Notes: generated from the letters alone by a model not told the origin. 63,986 bases of DNA, filler included, from Ionaspis alba (GCA_964255285.1; 4 parts of 4 records of this genome joined end to end with filler, not necessarily neighbours in it), one strand, 5' to 3'. Counted from the whole stretch's first letter, positions 36,401 through 49,459 are shown. Translations and numbers: made by a program.

Positions 36401-37674
36401 AAAGAATCACCCAGCCATGGACAACATGTTGAGTCAAAACAAATCAGGGACGTTGTACACATACATGCGAGTACCATGAAGCTGAAGCTGGAGCTGAACT
36501 AAGACCCAGCATCGGATACCTCTGTCATATGGCAAGGCATCTTTCGGCGGGGTCACTGCTCCCTAATAGGCGGTGATCATCTGGGCAACCTTGAACTGGA
36601 AGGCTGAAACCCGCCTGTCTCTTTGCTTCAGATGGAGATCCATGCGATCGTCTTGCAACCGCACTGAGTTGAGACGACGGCCATGCGAGATCAAGCATCA
36701 TCTCAGGTGCCTGTGCCTGTGCCCCTTCAGTACCGAGCATTTGAGATACATATCCAGGTATTTGATTTTTGGGCTTCGATGTTTGACGAGAAACGACGCG
36801 GGTCGAAAATTCGCTTAATCGAGCCTGAATGGGACGAGTCAGGGCTGATCGACGACATCCATTACCAGAGGTATTTGTCTACTCCACAGCCTTTTGACGA
36901 TTTTGCATGACCCTCAATCATCAGAGTCTGTCACACTCGTCGCCTATTGAGACTTCTCATAGGTGAATGGGTTTTCTTTCTTCTCTATCTCGCATGTTTC
37001 ACTACCGTTGGGCTTTCCCCAATCACTCCTGAGACTCGTCGCTACCCCTTTTCCAATGACTCAAGATGCAGACACCATCGTCCCTTCGACGCCTCAACAG
37101 CTGGATCTAACAATGGCGTCATGTGGTGGGTTCTCTATGACCATGCAGGAACAAAGATCTGTCCGTTAGTCAACCTTGGCTCTGTCCATGGAGGAAAAGC
37201 CACCGATCAGCATCTGCCGGCTTGTAAACCACAGGAGCGTACCACACCCCCAACTGTGCAAAAGAAAAGCGAGAATGCCACATAGCAGAGACAAAGCGAG
37301 ACAAGCCATGATCGATTGTGGAATCCTCTATGCCGCCACACCCTTATAATCCCCCTTAATATCGCAGTCTTTCATGGCAGGGTATAACGGGGATTTGTTG
37401 ACATGCTTAGATCGTGGTAGTCATCATGGAAAGAATCATCCTCGGAACGGGCCGCCGGATGATGGTGCCCAAAGCTTCTTCGCAGATCCTGTGGCAAACG
37501 AACGATTTTGTATCCCCTCACTCCACACGCAGATATGTCTGCATATTCCGTAGTACGGCCGTAAGAAATAACGGTCCTCCCTGTAACCCCAAGATGCCGT
37601 TCTGGCCTCTTCTCGCCGTGCATCTGCACTTGATATATGCGATAGTCCTTCAAAATGCCTGGACCCCTCGTCGA

Positions 37675-38814
37675 CTACCTGGGCTCGTTTGTATTTGACT
37701 TCTCGTGTTCGTTTCTCGACACTGCGTGGGGCTGCACGACAGGCTCCACTGATACACCACGATCGTGACTTGACGACAATCGGCGACGATCGTTCAAATT
37801 CCGCTCTAGCTCGCGAATGCGACTCTTCAAGGCCTCGTTCTCTCGCTTTGCCGCATCCAATTCAGATCGATGGAGCGCTGCTTCTTCATACCGGGCACTC
37901 ACGATAGCAGACGTCCGCGTAGGCGAACGAGCTGCATTGACGTTAGCCGCATGCAGCGAGTTATGCGACGTAGATGTATTGCTGTGTTGATACGAGGCGG
38001 AATATCGATGCGCTGCCCCCATCGGGAAATGATCGCTCTGTATCAACGAGGACGATAGAGATGGCGATGATGCCTCCGAACGTCTAGAGGATGCCACAGA
38101 ATTCTGTCGGCTCAAGTTGTCCCTGGCATTCGCCGATATTGACCCCGCACTATCTCTTGCAGGAGCAATGCCAGATACGGTACTGGTACCAAGTCCAGCT
38201 ATGGCAATACTTCGCGTGCTTTGATTAGACGACGAACGATGACGACGTGAGGGTATGGGATGACTAGCGCCTGAAAGCATATGGTTCGCATTGTGATCTG
38301 TCACTTCAGCAAGACCCGTAGATGTGGACGAGGTTGTAGAGGCCACAGATAAAGATTGTTGTCGCAGCAGAGAAAGTTCACGAGTAAGGCGATTGACCTA
38401 TGCACAACACGTAGTCAGTCTAAGTGCGTCTTGTGAAATACGATATGCAATTGTACCACAGCCTCTTGTTCCTTCTCCAGCTGCAGATGAAGATCGGCGG
38501 CTGTGAGGGGTCTAGGGTGACGGAGGGGTCCTTGCGAAGATCAGTGTTTGTGTATGACTTCTCAATACAGATGCCAAACCTGGCCCAGCGCCAACCCCCG
38601 TGTTATCTATATGTGCGCCACCAGGATGGTGTGTCCCAGGAGCAGGTGCTTCCGTCTCCCGCTGTACTGTAGTGGCGCTTGTGCTGGAGTGTTGAGAAAA
38701 GGACTGAGGTAATCCACCAGTATGCGACGTGCGACGAGGAGCAGATGACGGTGAGTTGTGTGTGTGAGGAGTAGGCCGTGGAGAGAGTGGAACGGAGTTC
38801 AAATCTGGTGCCAT
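37675..38814 (-). CDS. Conserved fungal Ser-rich coiled-coil hypothetical protein (3 exons)
   Basis: MAPDLNSVPLSPR...GVGAGPG|PLRHPRPLTAADLHLQLEKEQEAV|VNRLTRELSLLRQQ...ARYEEAALHRSELDAAKRENEALKSRIRELER. Confidence 0.85.
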
Positions 38815-39359
38815 GATACTACGCCAACTTTTGCTCAAGTTGATGCAATTCTCTGCATGCGCCTATACACTTTTGCAGAAACAGCAGGCGCTCGATTCAT
38901 TGCCTTCTTCGACGGTGTGATGCCTTCTGAAAGTTCTCTCGTAGTCAACAAGTTGGTTTTGAGGATTTATCCTAGAGAATGGACCTCCTTGGGGGACTGT
39001 TCCGTTGTTCAGTGCAGCAGTGATTCTTGTAAGTGCAGATGCAATCTTTATCAAGAGCGATATACTTTATAGTGGGCACCAGTCCGAGAGGATGACGCAG
39101 ACCAACAGAGAGGGAGACCGGGTCAGTCGAAGACACGTCGAACCGTGAAGGTAATGGAGAGCTCAGTCAAACCTTGAGAATGAAGAGAGGCACTAAGAGC
39201 GGGAACCAGGGAATAGGTGCATCAGCGCCAGTGCTAAATTGATCAAGCCTTGCCAAGCCTCGTCGACTATCAGCCTTGTGGAAATCTAAGTTGTAGGACT
39301 GCAGAATAGCTAGAACACTGTCATCACTCTAAAAACAGCCAAATCATTAAGCCACCACA

Positions 39360-40712
39360 ATGAACTCATCCATCAGAACTTTCAGCAGACTGTCCCCCCG
39401 TCAGCTGCCCTATCAATCGACATATGTCTGTGTACAGTGCCGCCAAAGAATCAACTCTCAGTCCTCCAGACACACTCCCATACTCTCGAGTTCTACCGTC
39501 TGTCGGCGAAATGGTAGCAGCTCTAGCAGTAAGTTACCATACACAGAGAAACTCAGGCGGAAGATCTGGGGCACAGACACGCCACCCGGGCAGGAAGACC
39601 CTTATGGCGGGAAGAGCATATTAGAACGGAATAGGGAAAGAAAAGAGCAGGACGTTGGGCAAGCCGAGGTCGACGACCTTCAGGAAGGCGTCCAAGCTTC
39701 AGAGAAGACGCCAGTAGATGCTCCCATCGCTCAATCGATAGACAGTGGAGTATTGGCGGACTATGTGCCAGCGACAACGTGGGATGGATTGGATCACATT
39801 GGTGGAGCTACGGGTTGGTGGGAAGAATCTTGGGACGCCGAACACCAATTCGAAGGGTATGACTTCATTTCTGACGCCGATCTTGCCGGCATACGTTGAT
39901 CTTCGAGATAGTTTCATGTCAAGCTCGAAGGCTGAGTCGGTTGCGGCCATTCGTAGAGGCGTGCGGAGAGCTGTCATCGAGGTCTATACCTTGAAGGACG
40001 AAGGACGGCCATTGAGTGACGCGACAAGAGCCATCGCTGACCAATCTCCCGACCTATCTGGCATCACCTTTGCTTTTACTGGAGACGGACCTAGTTCAAC
40101 TACGTCCATTACTTATCAAGATCCAACCAGCAAAATTGACCTTTTAAGTTCTATGTCGGGGGAGCTTCAAGCAGACACCACTGTCGATCCACTGGATATG
40201 GAAGAGGGCGAGCTCTTGACAGATACATCTAGGATAGATGCCGAGGCCGTGTCAGCAACTTCTGGAAGCACGGATAGTCCTGCGGAGACTGTCGATGCCG
40301 AGGTCGAAGATACCGAGATATTAAAAGACAGCACATGGCTCAACGTTTCGTTGCGTGACGAAGACGTCAAATTTGCGGTAAGGTGTTACACTCCTCTACA
40401 CGTTGATTTTGGCTAATGTTGGTATATTAGGTACTCAGCCGTGTGATGCAATTGACCGGAAAGCGCATTCCAGATCCTGTCATTGGCATGCTCCATACTA
40501 CAAAGCAACTCGTGGAGCACTTGGTGCAAAAGCCCAAACCAAAGAAACTTGCGGAGTTGCTGTTGTCGAAGGAGGACTTGATATCAATGCCCAACGTTCA
40601 GATCTACGACCGTCGATACACACCTATTGATAAAGAGAAAGAGGTAGGACGGTGGAAAGTTATTGAGAGAGAGCTACAGAAGAGAGGCCTTCCAGTCACC
40701 GGACACACATAA
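39360..40712 (+). CDS. Mitochondrial ribosomal protein mL50 (introns 39857-39911, 40378-40430)
   Basis: Presequence; YVPATTWDGLDHIGG; KFA|VLSRVMQLTGKRIPD...PKPKKLAE...PNVQIYDRRYTPIDKEKEVGRWKVIERELQKRGLPVTG. Confidence 0.88.
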
Positions 40713-40812
40713 TGTGCGACAGAACGTGAGAGTAAGGCGACTTCGGCTCGGCTTCCTGATAAACACTTATATCTGTAATATCGCTTCATCTCTTTCATCG
40801 CTAATATACATT

Positions 40813-41439
40813 TTAAGAATATTTCTTCCCCTCTGCTGTTATTGTTTGTGGCGTGTATCTGGGATAGCGATCCTTCAGGCCTACCACCACACCAAGCCAA
40901 GTGGCTACTGAGAGTATCGTGTATGTCACAAAGCGTCGCGGTACCGCGCTGCTCACAAAGACCGGAAAATTGTCCAGGCCATAGCAGATAACCAGAATCT
41001 GCCACGTGATCCACCATCCAATAGGGAGATAGGGTACTGGCTTTGACTCTGCAGCGTCCAGTATAACCGAGTTCAGGTTTCGAAAGAAGACCTCTTTCTC
41101 ACCATCTGCCGGGTCCGTCCATTCTTTCACCACCAGCTCCTCGTCAACGCTTCCTTCAGTCTCGGCCCGCTTCCATTCATGGATTTGGTACTTTTCGACA
41201 CGAATGACTCCGTCTTCGGCAGTGTAATTCCGAGAGCAACCGTGGAGGGTAATGCGCGCTGTACCACGAGATATCTGGAGAAACTCTGTATGAGATTCGT
41301 GCCAGTGCAGACCAGAAGTCCAAGTCGATCCTGGAGGGAGAGATATGGTTACTGTTGTCGATCCAGATGAGGGCATGGTATAGGTGACGGAGCCTGGACG
41401 TTGGAAAGTCATGGACGAGGTGGTGTCTTTCCGAGGCAT
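40813..41439 (-). CDS. RmlC-like cupin-domain protein
   Basis: WTSGLHWHESHTEFLQI...H.W metal-binding cupin motif; EWTDPADGEKEVFFRNLNS; hydrophobic C-terminal helices. Confidence 0.85.
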   Translation of the reverse strand: MPRKDTTSSMTFQRPGSVTYTMPSSGSTTVTISLPPGSTWTSGLHWHESHTEFLQISRGTARITLHGCSRNYTAEDGVIRVEKYQIHEWKRAETEGSVDEELVVKEWTDPADGEKEVFFRNLNSVILDAAESKPVPYLPIGWWITWQILVICYGLDNFPVFVSSAVPRRFVTYTILSVATWLGVVVGLKDRYPRYTPQTITAEGKKYS

Positions 41440-42088
41440 GATGGTTGAGAATGGTGATTTTTGGAAGTAGAATTGATGGTCATTGAAGTGCTAATGGACT
41501 TTCAACCAAGCTGTGATATCAATATAGTTTTATGTCCGTCATTAACCTGCATCATCATCTTCCAAGGCTGACACACAGCACTACAGAATGCTCGTAATTA
41601 GTCGCCGAGTTGTTGTGCTTTTCGCTCATGCCATATAAGACCCTTAAATCTATAGATCTTCTAGATATGTTTGTGAGAGATCGGTAAAGTATCAAAAAAA
41701 GATTTAAATCTTAGTAATGGCTGAGCTCGAAGCTGAGTAACAGGCGCGCATGGCATTCCGCAATGAATGACGTATAAGGTGCGTGGTGGGGCCAAACCTG
41801 CAAACCCCACCAGAACTTCAACGGCCATAACGACACTCAATCCAATATCAATCGTTTAGACACACCTCTCCTGTACAACCAGCAAACCAAAAACCTTCCT
41901 CTGAACAGTGAGTAAAGTGAGCTTCACTGAAGGTTCTACAGCATAGAGCTCCACGATCCCTCCGCCTATCATCTATACCCTTTGTCACCAATGATCACGT
42001 TATTTGAGGCGGTACTGACAAACCACTTGTAAAGAAAAATTCCTCAGACTCTACCGGTACCCAGCCTAGACTCATCCCGCTCGCCAAC

Positions 42089-42310
42089 ATGTCCGCCCCA
42101 AACGCCGGTCGTCAGTCGCCAGAGCCAGAAACTGTTCCACATCAGACCTCAGCCCCTGCCGATGGCAAAGCCAACGCGGCACCTAGCGCTACGCACGCAC
42201 AGGACAAAAGCGATGACAACAAGGACAACATGCTAGACAGCAATCCCAAGGGACCAATGGAGGACGCTGCTCATGAGAAAGTTAGTAAGGAGGGGAGAGG
42301 GAATGTGTAG
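42089..42310 (+). CDS. Small conserved hydrophilic fungal protein (73 aa)
   Basis: MSAPNAGRQSPEPE...LDSNPKGPMEDAAHEKVSK. Good start context (CAACATG) and a probable 5'-UTR intron at 41909-42034. Confidence 0.82.
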   Translation: MSAPNAGRQSPEPETVPHQTSAPADGKANAAPSATHAQDKSDDNKDNMLDSNPKGPMEDAAHEKVSKEGRGNV

Positions 42311-42781
42311 TCAGAGTGGGCTGCACTGATCAAACAAGGACAGCGGGTTACGTCTAGGATTTGATTTTGCGAACAGAGATGTAAAAAGACAGAGACTTGA
42401 GGCGAAGGATTTCGGGCATTAACGACAGATGGCTGGCCGTTATGCTTGTCGAGTAGGCTCATTCAGTCCGAAAATCATACAACCCACCACCTGTTCACGC
42501 ACGAGAAATCGGTTCATATCTAGCGAAGTACCTCCTGGACCATTCGGTCAGAGGACGATGGTCCAGTCCTTCAGGATACCTTGATTGTGATATCATGAAG
42601 AATGTGACCACTCCAGATGTAACAAAGTATACTCCTAAAATTTCCAGAACCACTCTCCAAGATTCCAAATCTTACGACGAATCATTGTTCCCATGCCGAT
42701 CTCAGAACTCCTTATTGTCACAATTCCCAGGACACATAGGGGTATATGATAAAATGCGACATCAAAGACGAGTCTCTCTAG

Positions 42782-43565
42782 TCATTGATGAGCTTCTGGC
42801 GCTTGCTCCTCAGCCGTCGAGACAGGTATATAGCTTCTTCTTTCACGTGCGCGCTGTGTTGAATGAAGACATTAGCTTTATAAACCATTTGGGTCAAGAC
42901 AAAAAGGCCCACCGCGTAATCTTACCTCTAACCACTTCTCCACCCATGGCTTTATTAACGCCCAACCCAATAAGCCCGCTGTAGCTATGATGAAAATGAA
43001 GACGACGGCTTGATCTTTCTGAGAATCTCTTTCTACAATGTCAGACATCATTAGCATGAGCTGACTAGCGTTGTCAAACCCATCTCAACTTCATGCCTTT
43101 GCGGCGCGACCACCGCTCTGAAGTGGGTAGTACTCACGAAAACAGATGGTGAAAACATCCTTCTCTCCTGCGCCCTTGCATATGGGTAGATTGTAGTCCA
43201 GGCAGAACTGGCGGTTACAGTCGCTGCAAGTTCGAGCCCTATATTTCTGCCTGTCTCCACCAGCTTCATCCTCATCTTCCTCTGCTCGAGCGCCAAAAGG
43301 TCCGGAAGCTGGCTGAGCAGGTTCCAGATTTCGTCTGAATTTGTCGGCGGAGGAAGACTCCCCTGAGCGATCGAGGTCGATGATCGTACTGTTGCCAAAG
43401 CACGTACATTTACAGAAGGACGTCGGAGCTGTGTTAGGCATTAGCAAGGACCCAATAGAGGACAAGAGAACGCTTACTGGTAGCCGATGTTGGGGAGCTG
43501 AAGAAGAGGATGAAGGAGAAGACAAATGGTAAGAGTAGAGTATAGCAACTAGACCTGATAATCAT
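42782..43565 (-). CDS. Conserved small single-pass membrane protein with Cys-rich luminal domain (multi-exon)
   Basis: Signal peptide MIIRSSCYTLLLPFVFSFILFFSSPTSAT|, FCKCTCFGNSTII...TCSDCNRQFCLDYNLPICKGA...CF|QRDSRKDQAVVFIFIIATAGLLGWALIKPW, last exon RARERRSYIPV...HQ*. Confidence 0.82.
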
Positions 43566-43927
43566 GACTGCTGTATCAAAGAATAAACCGTCGGATGCAA
43601 CAGCGGCGGGATATGAAGTTCAGCCTACATCGTCTGAGCCGCAGTCACATGCGGCCCTTGCTCGATTAGGGCTGGAGGTTAACGACTATACATTGTCTAC
43701 ATTCAGGGTAACCAGAATAGTTGACGCCATGCAATACACTATAGCGACATATAGTGGGCGTAATGCTTCTTTGCTCTGGACATGGCAAGTGGTACATGGG
43801 TTGTAGCGACTGCTTATTGTCATAAATTTAACGCAAACCTTCCCTTATTCGTGAGGCACCGTTCGAACTGCTACAGAGACCACAGCCAATTCTGTTGTAA
43901 CAAAACTTGTTAATACAGTACAATAGT

Positions 43928-44885
43928 TCATTTTGAAATGACCCAGCTTGTCCAACCTCCTCTCGATTTGGTGGCTTCCGCTGCCTGGTCGGCTATACGA
44001 TCGAGTGGTCCACCCTCTATCCCGGTCTTCTGTAACTCCCGCTCTCCTTCGCGCCGCTTCTCCTCCACAGATGCCACTATGCCACCACGTTTCGATTCCT
44101 CATGATGAGCCTCCTCTTGAATAACTTGCTCTAAGATCGGACTTCCCTCACTCATTTTGCGCAAACCCTCTTCACCCAAAACACTGAGCGGATTTGTGTC
44201 CTCCTGCTTCAGCCCTTCCGTAGAGAAAATCCCCTTTATGCTCTTCCATAATCCTTTCTTTGCCTTTCGAGTAGCTTCGGCTTCCTCCGCGGCTCTTTCA
44301 CGGTTCAGGAGTAACATTTGATCCTCATCTGCAGTACCCCGAGCTGCAGCTTCTCGGGCTTCGGCGAGCCGTTGCTGAAGTAGTATGTGTTGTTCGGCAA
44401 AGTAGGAATTTCGCTTTCTCCGGTTGTAGACGACCATGTCACCAAGGGAAAAGATAGTTACGCCACCGCATATTACTATGAAAGGTCAATGGTTGCCAGC
44501 AGAACATGGTACGATCGTGAATTGAAGGTTGCATACCAGTCAGGCCTATTAATCCCATAGCTGTGAACCTATGCGCTGCATCTGCTACTACCCTGCCCCT
44601 TACAACAATCCTGTCCCATCGAGATATCTGTGCATTCTTTTGGGCCGCATGGGCAGCTCTTAATCTTGCAACCTTCTCGGCTGGCGTCTCTGTGGTAGCC
44701 GGTGCATTTGGTGAAGGGCCTTTCGAGGGATGTGATGGGTTTGAAGTCCGGGGCAGGTTGTGTGAGGACGGAGAAGAGGACGGGGAGAAGGTGTTGGATG
44801 CCGGGGAACGGAGGGTCGTAGGCTTAGAGTACATGTGCGGAGAGGTGGCGGTAAACCGCGTAGCATCGACTACAGATCGAGGCAT
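43928..44885 (-). CDS. Cox14-family cytochrome c oxidase assembly protein (intron 44536-44476)
   Basis: MPRSVVDATRFTAT...ETPAEKVARLR...WDRIVVRGRVVADAAHRFTAMGLIGLT|VICGGVTIFSLGDMVVYNRRKR, with a single TM segment. Confidence 0.72.
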
Positions 44886-45352
44886 CGTGTGAGTATCGCG
44901 GAGGATGCATAGACTTTGGTACCCGTTGATATTGCTGGTGGATATGAATTGACGCTCAATACATCTAGAAGAGAGGCTTGGCATGACGAGCATAAAATTA
45001 TTTTAGCGCGGAGTGCTTCACTTCTGTGAAAGTCAACAAACGGGCAATGCCTACCTGCAAACACTAATGATTTGACAGTGTTGTGTTGTTGAAAAGCTCA
45101 ATTGCATAGTATTCTGGGCAATTGAATTGAGTTGTTCGTATCTTGATCTGTACTACCTTGTTACCTACCCGCTGAAGCAATACGGTGTTGATTCTGAAAA
45201 GCCTCTTTCGCGAAAACATGACAAGTTTCATTCCAATCAGCCTGCAAACATCGATGACCAAATATCTTTTGTGAACTTGTTCATGATTCTCCAGTGTATA
45301 GGTCATAAGTTGAAGACTGTGTTGCCTGGAGATTCTTGAATGAGCAATCATA

Positions 45353-46219
45353 ATGGCTTTCAATTCTCCCCCAAATCCGGACCTAGCCTCTATCCTTCGA
45401 ACTTTGGCTGCCTACACACCTGTCCCGGCATCCCGTCCACTGTGCAGTAACGACTACCAGGCTCCCTTATCTCGAGACAATCGTCCGACCCTCGACGGTT
45501 CTGAAGAACTCGAAGAAGGCGAATACGACCCTCACCAACCCCTGATTTCCAACAACCCTTCTCAGTACCCTCAGACGGCAACTCAGGTACGACCCATCAC
45601 ACCACCGGCGAAGCCACCAGCGACTGATCCCACCACGATAACGACATACCCTGCCGCCTTACGATACATTACGAAGACTATTGTCCGAAACGAGCAAATC
45701 ATGGCACGTATCCGAAAACTGATAGATGTGCAGCATCAGCACGAGCAACAGTGGTGGGAAGGAAGAGAGGCTTTGCTCAAGAAGCAGTCTGGGCGAGAAG
45801 AAGCTCGGAGGAAGGTGGGAGAAGTGCTGTGAGTAGTTCTCGTCGCCTTCGGCGGCTCGAAGGACGTGCTTGACGTGAAGCTAAATGCGCTCGTGGAAAT
45901 AGGAAAGCCGTGGGTGGGAAGGTCGATAGTATGACAGCGCCAGTGAGTCGTATCCAAGCGCATTCGTGAGTATATAGGAGCTCTACGGGACTGATGCCAG
46001 AATAGACTCCGCAAGAAGATGCAGCGGANNNNNNNNNNNNNNNNNNNNNNNNNNNNNNNNNNNNNNNNNNNNNNNNNNNNNNNNNNNNNNNNNNNNNNNN
46101 NNNNNNNNNNNNNNNNNNNNNNNNNNNNAACCAAAGGATCAACGAGATTATCAGAGAAAGAATTACGAGTGCTGCAGAAGAGGGTACTAGAGTTGCTGGA
46201 GGATCTGTGTCGGGAATAG
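45353..46219 (+). CDS. DUF2458-like conserved protein (multi-exon, interrupted by N gap 46029-46128)
   Basis: DLASILRTLAA; DPTTITTYPAALRYI...RIRKLIDVQHQHEQQWWEGREAL; C-terminal ELRVLQKRVLELLEDLCRE*. Confidence 0.78.
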
Positions 46220-46524
46220 GCCTAACGTAGCCGATGGGGTTTTCAAAAATAAAAGGATTAGATACACCAGAATCTTTATATTCTGGACGAGAGTGGGAAT
46301 GATGGAATACTGGACAACATCGAACTTCATTCCCGCATGATTGGACGATGTTTCGAGCATACAGATACCTAGCCGGTATAAATCATTACTGGAGAATATG
46401 GCACTGATCAGGTAAGCTAAATAGCGAAAGCAGGTATTTCGTGTCAGTTCCTCCTTCATTCTCAAACAAAATTTGTTCGTCTTAACGCATATAGACAAGA
46501 TGCTCCCAAAGACAACCCGGGTAT

Positions 46525-48293
46525 CTAGTTCGCAGCAGCATCGCCCTCATCTTTCGAACCAACCTTTGTGTTCTTGGCCCTATCGACCCATCCTTCCCCT
46601 CTCAACATGCCCAGACTCCTCCGCACTATACTCGAAGTCACAGCATCAGGATTGACCTCATAAACAGCATTCAACAGCATCAAACTTGCAACAAAGACCC
46701 AGACGTCTCGGTTCTTGCCAGTCCTCCACCAACCTCTTTTCACGCCAACTTTCCATAAGCTGTCGATGCTGGCTCGAGCTGAATAGAGGAATTGAGGTCT
46801 CCCACTTCTTCTCTCTAGAAAGCCCCACGAGCCGGCCAGAAAGCCACCCCAGAACCACCGCTGAGTAGGCATGAAGTTTCGGGGTAGAAGATGTTGGAAC
46901 AGGCAGATGCTACCCCAGCTGGTGCCAATGGCCCCGGTCACGAAGATTGTCGTTCTCAAAATCCGCTTCGCGAGGGCATTCAGCTGGTGGGAGGGATCTT
47001 TGAGGAATGCTTTGTACCGCGGGATGGCAAGGACTGATAGAATTAAGGTAAAGAACTTGGCAAATTGAGGAATAGCCTGTAGATAGAATGTTATATATGT
47101 ACGCAAACAAGAGGGTTCGTTCGGGTGGGTCATGGCGCAGGAGAGAGACTGGATAGATGGGTGAGCTGAAGATGTCACAGGGGATACATGCGAGATGCTG
47201 GCGGGGAGGGTTTGAGTCGATTTAGGGAAAAGTATTGGCGAAACAAAAGGGCTGCGAGCGTGTTAGAATGGGTTGCATGTAGTGCTTCCAACAGCCGTTG
47301 ACCGACTTACGGGAAGTTCAATCTCGAAACCTCTGCCAGGCCGTTGACGAGGCCGTCCTGGCTGGGCCATGGTAGATGAGCAGGCAAATCATCGGGTCTT
47401 CGCTGTACATAGTTTGGTGTATAGTTCATGATGAAGTCTCCATATGGCTGAGCAAAAGATTAGTATCAATGGCACCGAAAACGAGGTCCAAAGTTACCTT
47501 TGGAAAACAATCCCTATCGAAGAGAAATGCATGGAGCAATTGCCCAAAAACAGGTGGCATCAGCATCCAGCTGCCAAACCACCATGGCCTATTCTTGAAC
47601 CACCCATCATCCTCCAAAGCATTGTAAGCAAATTCGGCCGCTCTCGTGGCTATATAAATGGCTACAGTGATCCTGAACTGATCGCCTGGGTATACGCCGA
47701 GAGCGACGCCAGCGAGACTCGAGCCTATGGCTGGGGCGAGACGGGCAGTCAGGGTCCTTGAGATTCGAGGATTTCTTCGACGGAATGGTGCAGCATCTCT
47801 TGTGAGGAGATTCGCTCGTAAGCGGGTGAAGAAACGGTAGAGTAGTCGATGAAGAAGGAGAATCAATGAGATCGAGATTGAAAGCCGGAAGTTGGGGGAT
47901 CGGAAGAGAGGAATATTTGGTTTCTTTCTGCAAGCAAGTTAGTTAGCTGACCTAGGCACTAGATGCTAAGATAATGGGTACGTACCTGTTTCGAGAGGAT
48001 CGCTGAAGAAGCTTATTTGTAATGATATCCCATAGTTGGAGGCCTGCCTGGGTAGCCACGAAGACTCTCAAGGACGCCCTGACGGCTGCGGGATTATAGT
48101 CGTCCTTACTCTTGACAGCCGCATCGTACTTCGACGGCTGAGGGGCGCGATTTCTGAGAGCAGAAGGGGATTGCTTAATCAGGTAATCGTGCAGTGTCCG
48201 ATATTCTTTGGCACTTATGGTATAACGGATCGCGTTTTGGAGGACCGGGTCGACTTTGGTAGGAGTTCTGGAGTGACCTGCAGGATCTGCCAT
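46525..48293 (-). CDS. TMEM135-like (Tim17/PXMP4 superfamily) integral membrane protein, multi-exon
   Basis: DPVLQNAIRYTISAKEY; LLLHRLLYRFFTRLR; RPWWFGSWMLMP..FGQLLHAFLFDRDCFP; AHPSIQSLSCAMTHP; GAIGTSWGSICLFQ. Confidence 0.8.
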
Positions 48294-48685
48294 ATTGCTA
48301 GTCACTGGATGCACCACAACTTCAGTTCCATTCAGTAAGCCTTGAAGCGCATTGTCGAGAGAGCAGCGACATGCGCCGTGTTAGCATGAAGGTCGGACGG
48401 CGAGTCGCGTCGATTGCCGAGCTGCTCTAATGGGCCTCGGCAGCTGAAAGTCGATGAGGGGCAGGCGTTTGCAAAACTGATGGCAAACTAAGGGGACTTG
48501 TGCCACAAATTACGGGGAATTCCAAAAGTTTTAAGCACTTCAGGGGCGATGTCCGAGGATTAAAATACATTGCCAAGCAGTAACCCTAATCGCGACTACA
48601 ACGAACGCTTTCCATGTATGTCCAGGTTCAAAAAACACCCTGACACAACAGTACTTTTACTTGTCATCGAGCCTCTGAGCACCTC

Positions 48686-49318
48686 TCAACACCCCTGTGC
48701 ACAGTGCCCGCCAATGAACCCGCTCGGATACTTTCCAAACCCACTGTCCTGGGGATTCCCAAATATGACATAAGTATGATAATTTGGACAATCAGCCGTA
48801 CGGTTTTTGTTCACGCCATCGTAACCGGTACGGATGTCCAGACGGCATGTATTTGAGACCGGATCTGTGTAGCCCTGGAAACAGTCAAGGGTGTTGGCGC
48901 AGGTGGAACAACAGTCCAATGAGTCGAAGGTGAAAGGGTCGGCGCCAGCGGGGACGGGAACGGGACATTCGACGTATTGGGCCACGGGAAGGCCGGGAGA
49001 GTTGCAGATGACATAGGAGGCGCTTCCGAATACTGGTACTGAAGTGGCCTCACATCCTTCTGATATTGGGGTTAGCTGTATCAACGGAAAGGAAGTTTGA
49101 GTATAAAAAAGGAGTTTGAAGTCGTTGGGAGACCCTTTTGCGGATATAAGGTAGGTAAATCAAGGCGAGTCAAATACAGAAACAGGGAAGAGAGGATGAA
49201 GAATGACGCTTAAAGCTGTAGAAAGTTTGAATTGCTCTTGGTCCAATGGGCTAGTAGAAAGATTCGATAACCACTTACGGGCAACAGTCCTAGTACGAAC
49301 AGCATAGGTATAGGTAGT
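48686..49318 (-). CDS. Cys-rich, probably secreted protein; 5'-truncated (intron 49278-49060)
   Basis: TTYTYAVRTRTVA|QGCEATS...DCCSTCANTLDCFQG...CRL...CPN...GGHCAQGC*; 11 Cys in the last exon. Confidence 0.65.
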
Positions 49319-49418
49319 NNNNNNNNNNNNNNNNNNNNNNNNNNNNNNNNNNNNNNNNNNNNTTAATTAATTAANNNNNNNNNNNNNNNNNNNNNNNNNN
49401 NNNNNNNNNNNNNNNNNN
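49319..49418. other. Artificial scaffold-concatenation linker
   Basis: N44-TTAATTAATTAA-N44. Confidence 0.97.
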
Positions 49419-49459
49419 ACCGCCTAGTTTCCGCATGATTCTTTCGAGACTGGTCTTTG

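Noticed and set aside
39360..48293. Apparent organellar gene cluster (mL50, COX14-like, TMEM135-like)
   Set aside because: Interspersed with unrelated genes and no shared motif seen; ordinary housekeeping gene density explains it.
48581..48589. TAACCCTAA, a perfect telomerase-template-like 9-mer (also TAACCCTAG near 58131)
   Set aside because: Lies in an intergenic space of about 400 nt with no room for a 1.5-2 kb RNA; single short matches are expected by chance; no telomeric array.
16503..49418. Palindromic TTAATTAATTAA recurring every 16.4 kb or so, looking like a periodic element
   Set aside because: Always embedded in N44...N44 and cutting genes. It is an all-frame-stop linker joining scaffolds of similar length (16345 and 16271 nt, consistent with size sorting), not biology.
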